Source: a virus
Taxonomy: Duplodnaviria; Heunggongvirae; Uroviricota; Caudoviricetes
DNA: 8,991 nucleotides
Virus record (IMG/VR): IMGVR_UViG_2675903578_000015
Strand: one strand, 5' to 3'
Under the pieces are notes generated by a model, which was not told the DNA's origin, made no database searches, and saw only the letters and a program-made list of their open reading frames with translations. The number at the start of each line of letters is the position of its first letter. The first letter of the stretch is position 1. This document shows, in pieces, positions 7,354 to 8,991 of the stretch. Made by a program: the position numbers and the translations under genes.

Positions 7354-7488
7354 TCACATCTTGTTGCTGTGTATAGCGACTTCTGCCTGCCAGAGATCCC
7401 AGTCGTTGCTGCGTAAAGCCTGCACAGCCTGGTTGTAAGTGATACCGCAACAATCCATCAAATACTGAACTACTTCGTAATGCACCAT
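7354..7488 (-). CDS. ydaG: Small prophage protein of unknown function, 44 aa (MVHYEVVQYLMDCCGITYNQAVQALRSNDWDLWQAEVAIHSNKM)
   Basis: ATG at 7488-7486 preceded by GGGAGAG, TGA at 7356-7354. The 60-aa N-terminal extension in the ORF track has no ribosome-binding site. Matches recalled YdaG. Confidence 0.75.
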   Translation of the reverse strand: MVHYEVVQYLMDCCGITYNQAVQALRSNDWDLWQAEVAIHSNKM

Positions 7489-7654
7489 CTTATCTCTCCC
7501 CTTAACGCCGGGTGGCGGAACTGAAACCTGCTGCACTGCAAAATCTGAACCCTGCCGTCATGTTCATACGCCTCGGGCTGGCTACTTAACCCCTGACCAC
7601 TGCCTGGTAACTCGAAGTATTGCCCTGCGTTCTGTGGGGCGGGGTGGGTTGGTA

Positions 7655-7712
7655 GGTATATAATGTACTTTGTGTTCATTGATGTAAAGTACTATAAGTA
7701 CATTTTGTGTGT
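7655..7712 (-). promoter_or_regulatory. PL/OL-like early leftward promoter-operator region downstream of racR
   Basis: Minus-strand hexamers TTTACA (plus 7683-7688) - 17 nt - CATTAT (plus 7660-7665). Flanked by ATGTACT (7663-7669), its inverted copy AGTACAT (7697-7703) and the palindrome AGTACT (7688-7693). A perfect TATAAT on the plus strand at 7659-7664 has no matching -35. Confidence 0.4.
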
Positions 7713-7778
7713 AAAAAAATGAGATGGGATAAAGTGAAGCACAAACCCGGAGGGGGACGCTACCGGATTTATGCTGGT

Positions 7779-8198
7779 TTAAGAGGCTTTTTGTTTTTTC
7801 TTTCGTGCTAGCTCTTCGTAAATTGCATTGTACTTCTGTTTTTTCTCCTCAAGAGTTTTTAAAAGTTCATCTGTCTCACTGTCAGGGAGCTCGTCCAGAA
7901 GGTCAATGATGATTTTTTGTCTTGGATTTAACTCCTGATAGAAACGTACCTGTCCACTTTCTTCTGTATCCTCTCCCAAAAGATAGGTTGGTGTTGTTCC
8001 AATGAGTGTTGCTAATTCCCTTAATTTCTCTCGGCGAGGAATTGTTTCGCCATTAAACCATTTGCTAACCGCTTTTGGTGTTAATTTCATTCGACGGGCA
8101 ATTTCTGCCTGCCTTCCATGTTGTTCATAACCAGCGTTTTCACAGGCTAGCGCAAGCCTACTGGCGAACTCTTTACGCGCTTTATCTTCATGAACCAT
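7779..8198 (-). CDS. racR: RacR prophage repressor, HTH XRE/cI-like; 139 aa from the ATG (145 aa if the in-frame GTG at 8216 is used)
   Basis: Minus-strand ORF with TAA at 7781-7779. Helix-turn-helix segment QAEIARRMKLTPKAVSKWFNGE. Neither candidate start has a Shine-Dalgarno. Matches recalled RacR. Confidence 0.85.
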   Translation of the reverse strand: MVHEDKARKEFASRLALACENAGYEQHGRQAEIARRMKLTPKAVSKWFNGETIPRREKLRELATLIGTTPTYLLGEDTEESGQVRFYQELNPRQKIIIDLLDELPDSETDELLKTLEEKKQKYNAIYEELARKKKQKAS

Positions 8199-8277
8199 AA
8201 GTTCAATGATATTCACTCTTGAATGTACTGTCAGTTCTGTTATAGCATGTACTCAAAGTTCACATTGTGAGGGTGAT
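8199..8277. promoter_or_regulatory. OR-like divergent control region between racR and ydaS
   Basis: 79-bp spacer between divergent start codons. Direct repeats of ATGTACT at 8223-8229 and 8247-8253, 24 bp apart. Plus-strand promoter-like TTGAAT (8219-8224) - 16 nt - TATAGC (8241-8246). GAGGG ribosome-binding site at 8269-8273 for ydaS. Confidence 0.45.
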
Positions 8278-8574
8278 ATGAACCAGAAAACACTTGAAGA
8301 TGTAATNNNNNNNNNNNNNNNNNNNNNNNNNNNNNNNNNNNNNNNNNNNNNNNNNNNNNNNNNNNNNNNNNNNNNNNNNNNNNNNNNNNNNNNNNNNNNN
8401 NNNNNNNNNNNNNNNNNNNNNNNNNNNNNNNNNNNNNNNNNNNNNNNNNNNNNNNNNNNNNNNNNNNNNNNNNNNNNNNNNNNNNNNNNNNNNNNNNNNN
8501 NNNNNNNNNNNNNNNNNNNNNNNNNNNNNNNNNNNNNNNNNNNNNNNNNNNNNNNNNNNNNNNNNNNNNNNNNN
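8278..8574 (+). CDS. ydaS: Cro-like small regulator/toxin partner YdaS; only the first 9 codons (MNQKTLEDV) are visible
   Basis: ATG at 8278 with GAGGG 4 nt upstream, divergent from racR. The 8574 end is inferred from the recalled length of about 98 aa and lies in the masked block, so it is not observed. Confidence 0.5.
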
Positions 8575-8587
8575 NNNNNNNNNNNNN
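8307..8587. other. Masked or undetermined bases (281 N)
   Basis: Run of n characters; hides most of ydaS and the start of ydaT. The 261-aa ORF 8206-8991 in the track is an artefact of reading through N. Confidence 1.
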
Positions 8588-8991
8588 ACATCGAGTCAGT
8601 GTTGTTAGCCCTGGCAGCCGAAAAAGGGCAGGCATGGGTAGCCAATGCCATTACTGAAGAATATCTGCGCCAGGGGGGCGGCGAATTGCCCCTGGTACCA
8701 GGCAAGGACTGGAATAATCAGCAGAATATCTATCACCGTTGGTTGAAAGGTGAAACGAAAACGCAAAGAGAAAAAATTCAGAAGCTGATCCCAGCAATTC
8801 TGGCAATCCTTCCGCGCGAGCTGCGTCACCGACTCTGCATCTTCGATACCCTGGAACGCCGTGCATTACTGGCGGCGCAGGAAGCGTTAAGTACGGCAAT
8901 TGATGCGCATGATGATGCAGTCCAAGCCGTTTACCGGAAAGCGCATTTCAGCGGCGGCGGGTCTTCCGACGATTCTGTCATTGTTCATTAA
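8569..8991 (+). CDS. ydaT: YdaT, CII-like or toxic prophage protein; 133 C-terminal residues visible (IESVLLALAAEKGQAWVANAITEEYLRQGGGELPLVPGKDW...SDDSVIVH)
   Basis: Frame reopens at 8590 and runs to TAA at 8989-8991. The 8569 start is inferred from the recalled 140-aa length and lies in the mask. Matches recalled YdaT. Confidence 0.7.
   Translation, partial: XXXXXXXIESVLLALAAEKGQAWVANAITEEYLRQGGGELPLVPGKDWNNQQNIYHRWLKGETKTQREKIQKLIPAILAILPRELRHRLCIFDTLERRALLAAQEALSTAIDAHDDAVQAVYRKAHFSGGGSSDDSVIVH

Larger units (their letters stand above)
1..8991. mobile_element. Rac-type defective lambdoid prophage, integrase-proximal arm; the whole window lies inside the element
   Basis: Gene order int-xis-ydaC-(masked)-recT-recE-racC-ydaE-kilR / sieB / ydaF-ydaG / racR / ydaS-ydaT and the translated proteins match my recollection of the E. 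coli K-12 Rac prophage. No att site or flanking host gene is inside the window. Not verified by search. Confidence 0.85.

Noticed and set aside
7198-7453. ORFs 7198-7416 (plus, 72 aa) and 7262-7453 (minus, 63 aa)
   Set aside because: Overlap ydaF and ydaG in other frames or antisense; the manually found ydaF and ydaG frames have ribosome-binding sites and match recalled proteins.
7354-7536. 60-aa version of ydaG
   Set aside because: The extension lacks a ribosome-binding site; the ATG at 7488 has GGGAGAG upstream.
7470-7679. Minus-strand ORF of 69 aa starting inside the operator-like region
   Set aside because: No ribosome-binding site, overlaps the ydaG start in another frame, and no resemblance to an N-like arginine-rich antiterminator.
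7721-7778. Intrinsic terminator directly after racR
   Set aside because: Only a short CCGG/CCGG-type stem with a 12-nt loop and a weak U-tract; the T7 run at 7713-7720 is too far from any stable stem. Not supportable as a feature.
8240-8899. Four minus-strand ORFs (8240-8635, 8253-8705, 8605-8829, 8651-8899)
   Set aside because: Antisense to ydaS and ydaT, and partly composed of X from the masked block.
8206-8991. 261-aa ORF spanning ydaS, the masked block and ydaT
   Set aside because: Artefact of translating through N; the start at 8206 would overlap racR, and the visible ends correspond to two genes.
1-8991. Search for tRNA, rRNA, CRISPR repeats, IS-element inverted repeats, attachment-site repeats and Chi sites
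   Set aside because: None found by eye. The window begins exactly at the integrase stop, so any att site or flanking host gene lies outside it.

Overview
The window reads as the integrase-proximal arm of a Rac-type defective lambdoid prophage of Escherichia coli, identified from my recollection of the K-12 Rac proteins and not from any database search. Minus strand, in order: tyrosine integrase intR (1-1236), excisionase xis/ydaQ (1238-1453), ydaC (1553-1740), a masked block where the reference prophage carries ralR, recT (about 1991-2800), recE (2793-5393), racC (5495-5770), ydaE (5845-6015) and kilR (6015-6236). A 430-bp non-coding spacer follows, then sieB on the plus strand (6678-7097), ydaF (7188-7343) and ydaG (7354-7488) on the minus strand, a 290-bp control region, the repressor racR (7779-8198, minus), a 79-bp divergent control region, and ydaS-ydaT on the plus strand (8278-8991). 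Three N-masked blocks (1756-2006, 6812-7085, 8307-8587) hide the expected ralR locus, most of sieB and the ydaS/ydaT junction, so ORFs that appear to run through them are artefacts. No tRNA, rRNA, CRISPR array or IS element is visible. The most interesting unexplained signals are in the non-coding DNA: a 7-mer ATGTACT repeated on both sides of racR, a bulged inverted repeat with a T-tract upstream of kilR, a perfect 10-bp hairpin between racC and recE, and a perfect 16-bp palindrome between ydaC and xis. I cannot show a novel system from sequence alone; the candidates are these regulatory elements, the small-protein cluster racC-ydaE-kilR-ydaF-ydaG, and the uncharacterised N-terminal two-thirds of RecE.
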